Shown piece after piece: positions 38,796 through 48,658 of a stretch of 64,000 nt of DNA (its first letter is position 1; every line of letters starts with the position of its first letter). A program made the translations under genes and the position numbers. This stretch comes from Acidimicrobiia bacterium (lineage in GTDB: Bacteria > Actinomycetota > Acidimicrobiia > Spongiisociales > Spongiisociaceae), in the NCBI GenBank assembly GCA_041576165.1, contig JBFGLM010000024.1, forward strand, positions 10,481 to 74,480, given 5' to 3'. Under the pieces are notes generated by a model. That model saw nothing but the letters and a program-made list of their open reading frames with translations. It had not been told where the DNA came from and searched no databases.

Positions 38796-39179
38796 TCAAG
38801 TTCGGCGTGCGACCACCATCTCGATCTCGACCAGGAATCCGCCCGGTAACGCCGCCACCTGGACGGCGGATCGGGCCGGCGCCGCTTCCTCGAAATACTC
38901 TGCGTAGATCGCATTGATCGTGGCGTAGTCGTTCATGTCCGTCATGAAGATGGTCGTCTTGACGACGTCGCTCAGGTCGTGCCCGAGGTCATCGAGTATG
39001 GCCGTGATGTTGTCCATGATCCGGCGAGTCTGCTCAGCGACCCCGTCCTCTTCCCTGCCTCCCGACGGTATGAGGGCTACCTGACCCGACAGGAAAATGA
39101 ACCCATTCGATTGTACGGCGACGTTGTAAGGGCCCATCGCGGCCGGTGCGCTGGGGGTGTCCAGCACCACCTTGGACAT
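38796..39179 (-). CDS. ridA: RidA/YjgF family enamine deaminase
   Basis: APAAMGPY, FLSGQV, VVKTTIF, PARSAVQVAALP, VEIE; AAGGAG SD. Confidence 0.9.
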   Translation of the reverse strand: MSKVVLDTPSAPAAMGPYNVAVQSNGFIFLSGQVALIPSGGREEDGVAEQTRRIMDNITAILDDLGHDLSDVVKTTIFMTDMNDYATINAIYAEYFEEAAPARSAVQVAALPGGFLVEIEMVVARRT

Positions 39180-39271
39180 GCTGACTCCTTGGTCGTAGCG
39201 GCTGGGCAAAGCGTACCGGTTCGGGCCCAGGGCAGCGCACTCAACGCAGCCCGCCTGGTAGCGTCACAGAT

Positions 39272-39601
39272 ATGGGTCGAATCCGCGAGTTTGTTTCTGA
39301 GTGGAAGGCGCGCCGCGCCGGCGCGAAATACCTGTCGAATTCCATCCGCACATCGGCTAGGGAGATCATCGGACCGATCGGCGATCTGTACTCAAACGCA
39401 TGGAAACTGCTCGAAACCGACGGGGATCGCTACCTCGAGTCGTTCGACCGGCGGGTACCGCCCAGCTTGCACATCTCGCAACGCGACCGGACCAGGTGGA
39501 ACATGCCGGTTCCGCTACCGGAGCGTTGCATCGAGGACTGGAACGAATCCCACCGACCCGAGGCCGACCCGGACGAGTTCACCGCCGACGATTACGCCTG
39601 A
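39272..39601 (+). CDS. hypothetical protein
   Basis: Protein-like composition; TAGCGT 7 nt before ATG. Confidence 0.6.
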   Translation: MGRIREFVSEWKARRAGAKYLSNSIRTSAREIIGPIGDLYSNAWKLLETDGDRYLESFDRRVPPSLHISQRDRTRWNMPVPLPERCIEDWNESHRPEADPDEFTADDYA

Positions 39602-39705
39602 TACGGCAATTCGATCGGTCCGGCCGACCAGGCCACGGTGGGGGCATTTGCAAGGCACCCGCAGGGTCCCGCGTCCGGAACGGCGGCGGCCGACCGCCGG
39701 CGGCC

Positions 39706-40071
39706 TCAGCTGAAACTGTTACCGCAGCCGCAGGATCGGGTGACGTTGGGGTTGTTGATGGCGAACCCGGCGCCCATCAGCCCATCCTGGTAGTCGAGCG
39801 TCGATCCACGGAGATGGTTGATGCTTTGATCGTCGACGACCACTCGGACGGTCTCACCGAACGACTCGACGATGTCGGTGTCGTCTACCTCGTCCGTGAA
39901 GAACATGTCGTAGGAGAACCCGGAGCAACCGCCCGGGCGGACGGCCATCCGCAGCACGAGGTTCTCGTCGCCCTCGGACGCGATCAGCTCGCCGACCTTT
40001 TCGATCGCACCCTCTGTGAGAGTGACGGCCCGTTCCGGGGTCCGCCGCTTGATCGAGACGAGTTGTTCCAT
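39706..40071 (-). CDS. HesB/IscA/ErpA-type Fe-S carrier
   Basis: GGCSGFSY and NNPN...SCGCGNSF. Confidence 0.93.
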   Translation of the reverse strand: MEQLVSIKRRTPERAVTLTEGAIEKVGELIASEGDENLVLRMAVRPGGCSGFSYDMFFTDEVDDTDIVESFGETVRVVVDDQSINHLRGSTLDYQDGLMGAGFAINNPNVTRSCGCGNSFS

Positions 40072-40277
40072 GTGGTGGTCACCTCTACAAATCGACAGCC
40101 ATGAGTATACCGGTCGGAGGCCGATACTCCGACCTCGGGGAAGTGGCCGCAACAGACGCCCGCCCGGGTTGCAACCAGCAACGCCGGACGCCCGGGCTGA
40201 ATTCCAATGTCGCCATAGTGCTTAGAAGAACTACGATGAATGTGGCCCCCGCCGGGAGACCTACTGTGGAGCCGAAC

Positions 40278-41420
40278 GTGCCGATCGAACACGATGTGAT
40301 GGAAGCCCTGCGGGGCGTGGTCGACCCCGAGCTGGGGGGCGACATCGTCGAACTAGGGATGGTTCATCGAATCGACGTCGCCGATGGCGTGGCAACCATC
40401 GGTCTCGCACTCACGATCGCCGAATGCCCCATGCGCGGCCAGATCGAACAGGACACACGACGCAAGATCGAGGCGCTGCCAGGCATCGTTGATGTCAAGG
40501 TCGAAACCACCGCGATGACCAAGGCGCAGCGAGCGGAGCTGATGTCGGTCGCCCGCAAGCGAGTTCGAGAAAACGCCGAACCAACCCAGGTCTCGCCAAC
40601 TACGAGGGTGATCGCGGTCGGAAGCGGCAAGGGCGGAGTCGGAAAATCATCAGTCGCCACCAACCTGGCCGTTGGCCTGGCCGACCTGGGCCACCAGATC
40701 GGGCTGCTGGACGCCGACATTTGGGGGTTTTCGATTCCCCGAATGCTGGGCACGGACGAGCGGCTCGGGGCAGACGAAACGACCAAGCTCATCATCCCGG
40801 TCGAAGCGCAGGGCATCAAGGTGGTGTCAACTGGGCTGATCGTCGAGACGGAGGAAACCGCCCTCATGTGGCGTGGCCTCATGTTGACCCGGGCGCTCGA
40901 GCAATTCCTGAAACAGGTCGAATGGGGCGAGGTCGACTACCTGATCATCGACATGCCGCCCGGGACCGGTGACATCCAGATGGCCCTGTCGCGGCTGCTC
41001 CCGCAGGCAGAGATGATCATTGTCACCACACCCCAAAAGACCGCTCAGAAGGTGGCGGTGCGGATCGGCGACATGGCCCGGCGCTCCTACATGCCGATCG
41101 TCGGCGTGATCGAAAACATGAGCAGCTTCACCAGCAACGACGGCGAGGTACACCATCTCTTCGGCCGGGGCGGCGGTCAGGAACTCGCCGATGAACTCGG
41201 CGTCCCTCTGATCGCACAGATCCCGCTCGACCCGAGTTTGGTAGAGGGGGGCGACACCGGCCTGCCGGTGACCCGCCACCAACCTGCCAGCGCCTCCGCC
41301 CGGGCATTCATCGAAGCGGCCTCCCGAATCACCGCGCTCGTGCCTCCGGCCGAGGACGAAACCTGCACCGGACGGATCGCCAAGCTGCTCGCCGATCTCG
41401 ACGCTCCCGCCCCGGCGTAG
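40278..41420 (+). CDS. mrp: Mrp/NBP35 (ApbC) ATP-binding Fe-S carrier with N-terminal DUF59 domain
   Basis: VVDPELG..IVELGMV, LTIAECP, SGKGGVGKSS, DADIWG, DMPPGTGD, ENMS; start uncertain (40266 or 40278). Confidence 0.9.
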   Translation: MPIEHDVMEALRGVVDPELGGDIVELGMVHRIDVADGVATIGLALTIAECPMRGQIEQDTRRKIEALPGIVDVKVETTAMTKAQRAELMSVARKRVRENAEPTQVSPTTRVIAVGSGKGGVGKSSVATNLAVGLADLGHQIGLLDADIWGFSIPRMLGTDERLGADETTKLIIPVEAQGIKVVSTGLIVETEETALMWRGLMLTRALEQFLKQVEWGEVDYLIIDMPPGTGDIQMALSRLLPQAEMIIVTTPQKTAQKVAVRIGDMARRSYMPIVGVIENMSSFTSNDGEVHHLFGRGGGQELADELGVPLIAQIPLDPSLVEGGDTGLPVTRHQPASASARAFIEAASRITALVPPAEDETCTGRIAKLLADLDAPAPA

Positions 41421-41590
41421 GAACCTACATTTCGCGCGTAACGTAGCGCCCGCCGGGACGGCTGGGCGGCACCCGTGGTCACTCACCGCAGCATGGCGAG
41501 TGGGGCCCCCAACCCAGGTGGTAACTAGTCACTTCGCGTGTTTCCAATACGGCCCCCATGCCAGCTTTCATCATGGCCGATACTGAGATA

Positions 41591-41734
41591 GAACGTGCCG
41601 GAAGCGGCAAACGGGAGGCGAACCCGCAGAGGGGCATCACCGCCAGAAATACGATCTCAGGTTCCTCAACCAAGCATCCCCCTTGACTGGTTGAGACCGG
41701 GCCGGACCGTCAAAGGTCCGGCCCAATCTTTTCT
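41591..41734 (+). ncRNA. candidate structured small RNA
   Basis: Between convergent genes; hairpins TGCCG-GAAG-CGGCA, CGGG/CCCG, CTCAACCA/TGGTTGAG with a C-rich loop, then a 10-bp terminator stem and T-rich tail. Confidence 0.45.
41699..41734 (+). terminator. intrinsic terminator
   Basis: GGGCCGGACC-GTCAAA-GGTCCGGCCC followed by AATCTTTTCT. Confidence 0.75.
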
Positions 41735-41821
41735 CGGGTACTGGCCTTATCAGGAACTGGCCACTGTGCGTAACTCATCGACCTCGAGGGCGTATATCAC
41801 CAAGAGTGGTGGGATCGGCGT

Positions 41822-42985
41822 TCACCCGCACAGCTGGCTGGCGAGCGGTGTCGGATTGACCGCTCCGCCACCGCCCGGGTGGTATTCCCAATGCAGATGG
41901 GGGATGTGGGCCGGCGCGTTGCCGGTGGTGCCGACGGTGCCGAGGGGGTCTCCTGCGGCCACCCGCTGACCGGCGGACAGCCCGGACGCCCAGGAGTCGA
42001 GATGGGCGTAGTAGAACTCGTCGCCGTCGTCGGTTTTCAGCCAGACCGTGATGCCGCCCAGCCCGCCGTTGCGCATGCGGAGTACAACGCCCGAACCGAC
42101 TGCCACCACCGGGGTGCCGCGAGCGGCCAGCATGTCGACTCCTTGATGGAATCGTCCGCCCGACCGCGGCGCGCCCCAGGTGTCGGTGAAGGCCACAAAC
42201 CCTCTGACCGGGCATACACGTGAGGGGGACGACGAGGGACTGTCCGCGACGGTGGTCGTGGTGGTTGTCGTCTCCGCCGCAGCGGTGGTCTCGGTTGTTT
42301 CAGCGTCCGCGGCTGCTGTGGTACTGGTTGCCTGCCGCCTCGCTTCTTCCTCGGCTTCGGCCCGGCGGCGCGCTTCCTCCTCCGCCCGGCGACGCGCCTC
42401 CTCCTGGCGGCGCCGCTCCTCTTCCTCAAACTGGGCGTAGAGGGTGTTGTATTCGGCTTGGGCGGCCTCGAGTCGCGAGTTGAGATCGGCGGCGATGACC
42501 TCGAGCTCGTCGATGGCCGCCTGATGTTCGGCCCGGACGCCTTCCAAATCCCTGGTTTCGGCATCGAGCTGGACGTTGAGCACCTCCAGCTCGTTGAGGA
42601 GCTCACGATCCGTCACGCCGAGATCACGCAGGTACTGGCTGCGCGTCTCGACATCGGTCGGTTCCTCCGCTGCGAACAACACGGCGATGCCCACCTCGGC
42701 GGCGTCCGTGTACATCTCCACGAGCCGTTGCTCGAGGCGCCGGCGTAGATCGACCGCTTCCAGCCGGCGCGCCTCCAGCCGCACTTCCAACGCCTTGATG
42801 CTCGATCCGAGCTCGGCGTCTCGCGTGAGCGCGTTCTCATAGGCAATGGTCAGCTCGAGCAGATCAGCCCGAAGGTCTGCCAGCCGTTCCTGGGCCTCAG
42901 CAAGATCGCCCGGGGTCACCTGGGCGGCGGCAGGCAACGCGAGCAACGCAAGGATGAGGGCGGCGGCCAGCAGCCGAGTTGCCAT
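41822..42985 (-). CDS. secreted coiled-coil M23 peptidase (cell-wall endopeptidase)
   Basis: Signal peptide, long coiled coil, Thr-rich linker, FHQGVD (HxxxD), YYAHL, PHLHWE (HxH). Confidence 0.9.
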   Translation of the reverse strand: MATRLLAAALILALLALPAAAQVTPGDLAEAQERLADLRADLLELTIAYENALTRDAELGSSIKALEVRLEARRLEAVDLRRRLEQRLVEMYTDAAEVGIAVLFAAEEPTDVETRSQYLRDLGVTDRELLNELEVLNVQLDAETRDLEGVRAEHQAAIDELEVIAADLNSRLEAAQAEYNTLYAQFEEEERRRQEEARRRAEEEARRRAEAEEEARRQATSTTAAADAETTETTAAAETTTTTTTVADSPSSSPSRVCPVRGFVAFTDTWGAPRSGGRFHQGVDMLAARGTPVVAVGSGVVLRMRNGGLGGITVWLKTDDGDEFYYAHLDSWASGLSAGQRVAAGDPLGTVGTTGNAPAHIPHLHWEYHPGGGGAVNPTPLASQLCG

Positions 42986-42986
42986 A

Positions 42987-43793
42987 TCAACTGCCGGCGC
43001 GGGTGGTCACCGGTTCCTCCCACAGTCCTGGTTCGCCATGGTCGTAGCGGCGGCGGGTGAAGCCCACTACGCCGTCATCGACCAGCTTTGCGAGGTGGGC
43101 TGCCACCGAATGGGCTGCCACCGGGTGCAAAGCCGGATCCACGTCAGCGTAGACTCGCTCGACAATCTCTCCCACCGTGGCCGCCCCGTCGTCGAGCGCG
43201 GCGACGATCTGCTGCTCGCGCTCCAGCCGGTGGTCGATGTATTCCTGGATCAAGGATGGAGCGTCGTCGATTTCTGGTCCGTGGCCGGGATACAGCTTGG
43301 TCCAGTCGAGGCTTTGCAGCCGGCGCAGCGACCGCAGGTACGCGCTCAGATCTTCGATCACGACGGTGGAGCCGCCCATGATGTGGTCACCGGTGAAGAG
43401 CACCTCGTCGACCGCAAAACATACGTGGTCGCCGCTGTGCCCAGGCGTGAATAGCACCTGCGCCCGGGTACGACCGAACGGCACCCGGGAGCCATCGGTG
43501 AGCGTCCCGTCCGGCTCGAACTCCGGGCCGGGGGCGAAGCCGAGCGCCGGTACCCCCAGGCCAGCAGCCAGCGGATTTGCCAGCGGCGCATGGTCGGGAT
43601 GGGTGTGGGTGACCAGCACCGCTTGGGGCTGGAGGGCAGCGACCGCGTTTGTGATAGCGGCTCGGTGCTCGCTGATGATAGGTCCGGGGTCCACGATGAG
43701 ACACTCGTCCTGGCTGGTGATCACGTAGGTGTTGGTGCCCGAGCCGGTGTAGAGGCCGGGATTGGGCGCGAGGATACGATGGACCTCGATCAT
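42987..43793 (-). CDS. MBL-fold metallo-hydrolase with C-terminal winged helix (LACTB2-like)
   Basis: APNPG..TG.GTNTY, THTHPDH, TPGHSGDH, FTGDH, PGHG. Confidence 0.88.
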   Translation of the reverse strand: MIEVHRILAPNPGLYTGSGTNTYVITSQDECLIVDPGPIISEHRAAITNAVAALQPQAVLVTHTHPDHAPLANPLAAGLGVPALGFAPGPEFEPDGTLTDGSRVPFGRTRAQVLFTPGHSGDHVCFAVDEVLFTGDHIMGGSTVVIEDLSAYLRSLRRLQSLDWTKLYPGHGPEIDDAPSLIQEYIDHRLEREQQIVAALDDGAATVGEIVERVYADVDPALHPVAAHSVAAHLAKLVDDGVVGFTRRRYDHGEPGLWEEPVTTRAGS

Positions 43794-44533
43794 CGGCGAG
43801 CCGAGTGAGGCACCTGGGCCGCCAGCACCTCGTCGTATCCATCGTCGCCGGGGACGAGCAGCTTGTGCAGCGCTCCAGTCTCATCCAGCACGGGTGCCGG
43901 TTCGATTGGGCTCACATGCTGGGCGGCGGCGGCGGCGATGGCCTGGCCGGGGGCGTCGAAGTGTGACAGACGGACCAAGTTACGGATGGTGGGGAACATC
44001 ATGCGGTACGTGTCCTTGCGTCCTGCCAGGGCCGTGGTGGGGCTGAGCCAGGCAACCTCCACGATCTCGCTCCCGTCGGGCTCGAAGCCCAGATCCGGTT
44101 CGACCTCGACGATGAAAAACCGGGTGTCGTATCGCTTGGGCTGGGAGCGGGGTGTGATCCAGTTCGACCAGTAGGTCACGTTTGCGAACCGCAGACCGGC
44201 CGCGTCCATCGCCGAGAGCAGATCGTCGCCGTCCAGCCGACCGAGTGTGGCCCGCAGGCCGGCGAGCGGCGGCGCCGTCGTGACGAACGCGTTGATTTCT
44301 TCCGCCGTCTCCCGCAGCGCGGCCGACATGAACGGTGCGGCCTCGACGTCCGACGCCGCGGTGCCGAGCAGCCGCATGGCCAGGTCCGACGAATCCACCT
44401 CTTCGACCACGCCGCCAGGGAAAACCCACAGTCCGCCGGCAAATGAGGCCGACGCGGTACGACGGGCCATCAGAACTTCGAGCCCGGCGGGGCCGGCGCG
44501 GGTCACCAGCAGCGTGGCAGCGGATCGAATCAT
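43790..44533 (-). CDS. NUDIX hydrolase (NUDT19-like)
   Basis: AATLL, EVLMARR, WVFPGG, ALRETAEE, WITP....RYDTRFF. Confidence 0.87.
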   Translation of the reverse strand: MIRSAATLLVTRAGPAGLEVLMARRTASASFAGGLWVFPGGVVEEVDSSDLAMRLLGTAASDVEAAPFMSAALRETAEEINAFVTTAPPLAGLRATLGRLDGDDLLSAMDAAGLRFANVTYWSNWITPRSQPKRYDTRFFIVEVEPDLGFEPDGSEIVEVAWLSPTTALAGRKDTYRMMFPTIRNLVRLSHFDAPGQAIAAAAAQHVSPIEPAPVLDETGALHKLLVPGDDGYDEVLAAQVPHSARR

Positions 44534-44904
44534 CGAACGATGATCGTACGACTTCTCAGCAGCCTGCGCCCGAACCGATAGATCAGCTCCCGGACCGGTG
44601 GCACCATCAGCGCAAAACCGACGGTGTCGGTCAAGAAGCCCGGGGTGAGCAGCAATGCCCCTCCCAGGAGGATGAGCACGCCGTGCACGATAGGAGAGGT
44701 CGGGATCTGCCCGACCCGCTGTCGCTGCCGGAATTTCCGAAACACGCTCAGGCCCTGCCACCGCACCAGCGTGGCGCCGATGACGGCGGTGATGATCACC
44801 AGCAGCAACGTGTTCCCCAGCCCGATGAGATCGCTGATCACCGTGAAGATGACCAACTCCAAGACAGGGATGACAACGAACAGCAGCGTGAGGAGGACGC
44901 TCAT
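44530..44904 (-). CDS. fxsA: FxsA family membrane protein
   Basis: FVVIPVLEL, VRWQG, GGALLLTPGFLTD; TACACT 7 nt before ATG. Confidence 0.9.
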   Translation of the reverse strand: MSVLLTLLFVVIPVLELVIFTVISDLIGLGNTLLLVIITAVIGATLVRWQGLSVFRKFRQRQRVGQIPTSPIVHGVLILLGGALLLTPGFLTDTVGFALMVPPVRELIYRFGRRLLRSRTIIVR

Positions 44905-45022
44905 TGGCGTGAGTGTACGGCGCCCCCGAGAATAGCCGCCAGTGCGGGGCCGCCGTGCCGCCTGCGGGGGAGCCGCGCGGGACTCGCCTCCGGTACCGGT
45001 CCGTGACGCTAACTTGACGGGC

Positions 45023-46356
<1,334 letters not shown>

Positions 46357-46369
<13 letters not shown>

Positions 46370-48150
46370 GAACCGCCGGTCACGTTGACCACGGTAAGTC
46401 GACGCTCGTCCAGGCGTTGACGGGTCGCGACCCCGATCGTTGGGAGGAGGAGAAGGAACGCGGCTTGACGATCGATCTCGGCTTTGCATGGATGACACTA
46501 CCTTCCGGGACGACGATCTCGTTTGTCGACGTGCCCGGCCACGAACGGTTCATCAAGAACATGCTGGCGGGGACCGACGGCTTCGACATCGCCTTGTTCG
46601 TCGTGGCAGCCGACGAAGGCTGGATGCCGCAGTCCGAAGAGCATCTGGCGGTGCTGGACCTCCTGGGTATCCGCCACGGCGTCGTGGCGCTCACCAAGGT
46701 GGACCGGGTCGACGACGAGTTGGTGGAGCTGGCCACTCTCGACATCACCGAGCACCTCGAGGGCACCGGCCTGGAGCAGGCTCCTGTCATTCCGTGTTCG
46801 GCCGTGGCCGGGCTCGGGCTCGATGCCTTGCAGGCGGCGCTCGACGCAGCTGTCGCGGCTGCGGCCGGCACCCGGCCGCCGGGTCGGCCGCGGCTGTGGG
46901 TCGACCGGTCGTTCACCATCAGCGGCGCCGGGACCGTGGTTACCGGCACCTTGACCGGCGGCGAGCTGGCCGTCAGCGACCGGGTGGCGATTCACCCCGG
47001 CCCGCTGGAAGGGCGGGTGCGGTCGTTGCAGAGCCACGAGGAGAGCCGCGAGACCGCGCAACCCGGCGCCCGGGTGGCGGTGAACATCGTCGGGCTTGAT
47101 CGTGGCGACGTCGGGCGCGGTTCCATGCTCGGGCGGGTCGGCGACTGGGTGCCCAGCGACCGCCTGCTCACGGCCTTCCGGCGGGCCCGGTATGTGGACA
47201 GTCCCCTCACCAACCGGGGCGCCTATCACCTGCATCTGGGCAGCGGCGCCTGGCCCGTCCGCCTTCGCAGTGCCGGCACTACGCCCGACGGGAGAGAAAT
47301 CGGCGTGCTACACGTGAGCCAACCGATCCCGGTGCAGATCGGGGATCGGTTCATTCTGCGGGAGGTCGGGCGCCGGGCGGTGGTAGCCGGGGGCCGGGTA
47401 CTCCTGCCGGAAGTCCCGCGCCGGTCGGCCGACGCTCGGGCTGCCGCGCTACGCCTGCTGGAAACCCTCGACGCCGAACCGGATCAGCAGGCTGATGCGC
47501 TGGTCGAGATCCGGGGAGTGGCCGATCTGGGCACCGTCGCCGCCCACACCGGGGGCGGCCGACCGACCGCCGCCGTCATCGTCGGAACGGCCGCACTCTC
47601 CAGCTCGCGGGCGGCCTCGTTGACCCAACGAGCCACCAACGCGGTTGCCCAGTTCCACCGCGACAACCCGCTGCGCCCGGGTATGCCGCTCGCCAGCCTC
47701 GCTTCGGCGCTCGACGTCCCCCAAGACACACTCGATGCGCTGCTGAGGACAACCCCGGCGCTGCGCATCGACGGATCGGTTGTTGTTTCGGTTGGCTTCG
47801 CGGGAGGTCTCACTGCCGCCCAAGAAGAGCAGTTCGCAGATGCTGCGCGAACGCTGGCCGACGCAGGACTGAACGTGCCCAGGATTCGGGATTTGCAGTT
47901 GGGCGACGAGCTGCTTCATGCCCTTCTGCGGGAGAGCCGGCTGGTGCGGATCTCGGACGACTTCGCGTATCTTCCTGAGCAGATCTACGAGATAAGGACG
48001 CGGCTGGCCGACCTGCCCGACCCATTCACGGTTGCCCAGTTTCGCGACGCATACGGGGTGAGCCGCAAATACGCAGTGCCGCTGCTGGAATGGCTGGATC
48101 GCCAGAACGCAACTGTTCGCCGCGGCGACCTGCGTTCGGTTCGCACGTGA
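46357..48150 (+). CDS. selB: selenocysteine-specific elongation factor
   Basis: GTAGHVDHGKS, RGLTIDLGFA, DVPGHERF, TKVD; C-terminal SECIS-binding winged helix FRD..GVSRKYAVPLLEWLDR. Confidence 0.96.
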
Positions 48151-48217
48151 CCCGCTCCGCTCACTGACCCGGTGGAGCGGACCGCAATGGGAGAGGTCGA
48201 GTTTCGCCTGCGTTATG

Positions 48218-48463
48218 TCACGCCGGGACGAGGTCCCGCCGTTCTGACTCCGTGTAGCCACCCCAGATTCCGTAGGGCTCACGGATCACCATTGCAAACT
48301 CCAGGCAATCTCGCTGTACCGGGCACACTTTACAGATGGCCCTCGCTCGCATCTCCCGCCTTTCACGCTCGTCCTTGCGTTCGAACGTGCTAGGGGGAAA
48401 GAACAAGTGCGAGTGATTCCCGCGGCACAACGCCCGCAACTGCCAAGAGTCATTGGTAGCCAC
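48218..48463 (-). CDS. whiB: WhiB family Fe-S transcriptional regulator
   Basis: WQLRALC, FFPP, AICKVCPV..DC, GIWGG.TE.ER; GGAGG SD before GTG 48463; subfamily not assigned. Confidence 0.92.
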   Translation of the reverse strand: MATNDSWQLRALCRGNHSHLFFPPSTFERKDERERREMRARAICKVCPVQRDCLEFAMVIREPYGIWGGYTESERRDLVPA

Positions 48464-48501
48464 GCAACTTCCTCCCAGTTTCCCGCCACTGACGAGGGCG
48501 G

Positions 48502-48590
48502 AAGGTAGTGCGAACGTTTGCAGGGCACAAGGAAAATTCTGGGTATTTGATCGGAAAGTTCGTGATTGCGCCCGGAGTGTCGATCGACAC
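48502..48590 (-). promoter_or_regulatory. whiB promoter with upstream palindromic operator
   Basis: TTGTGC-17-TACCTT on the minus strand; perfect palindrome GTGTCGATCGACAC at 48577-48590. Confidence 0.5.
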
Positions 48591-48658
48591 GCACCGCCGC
48601 TACTCGCCGGACGATGCATGGAGCAGAGTTTGGCGGGCCGCCGCACCTGCTCCTGGCC

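Noticed and set aside
41606-41631. GGCAAAC...CGCAGAG similarity to the c-di-GMP-I riboswitch
   Set aside because: Lacks the GNRA-capped stem and GACGCAAAG spacing, and there is no downstream same-strand gene
41558-41686. Short ORF MPAFIMADTEIERAG... overlapping the sRNA candidate
   Set aside because: No SD and weak codon bias; RNA structure explains the region better, though a peptide is not excluded
42240-42430. Low-complexity repeats in the M23 gene
   Set aside because: They encode an ordinary EEARRR coiled coil and Thr-rich linker, not a DNA repeat element
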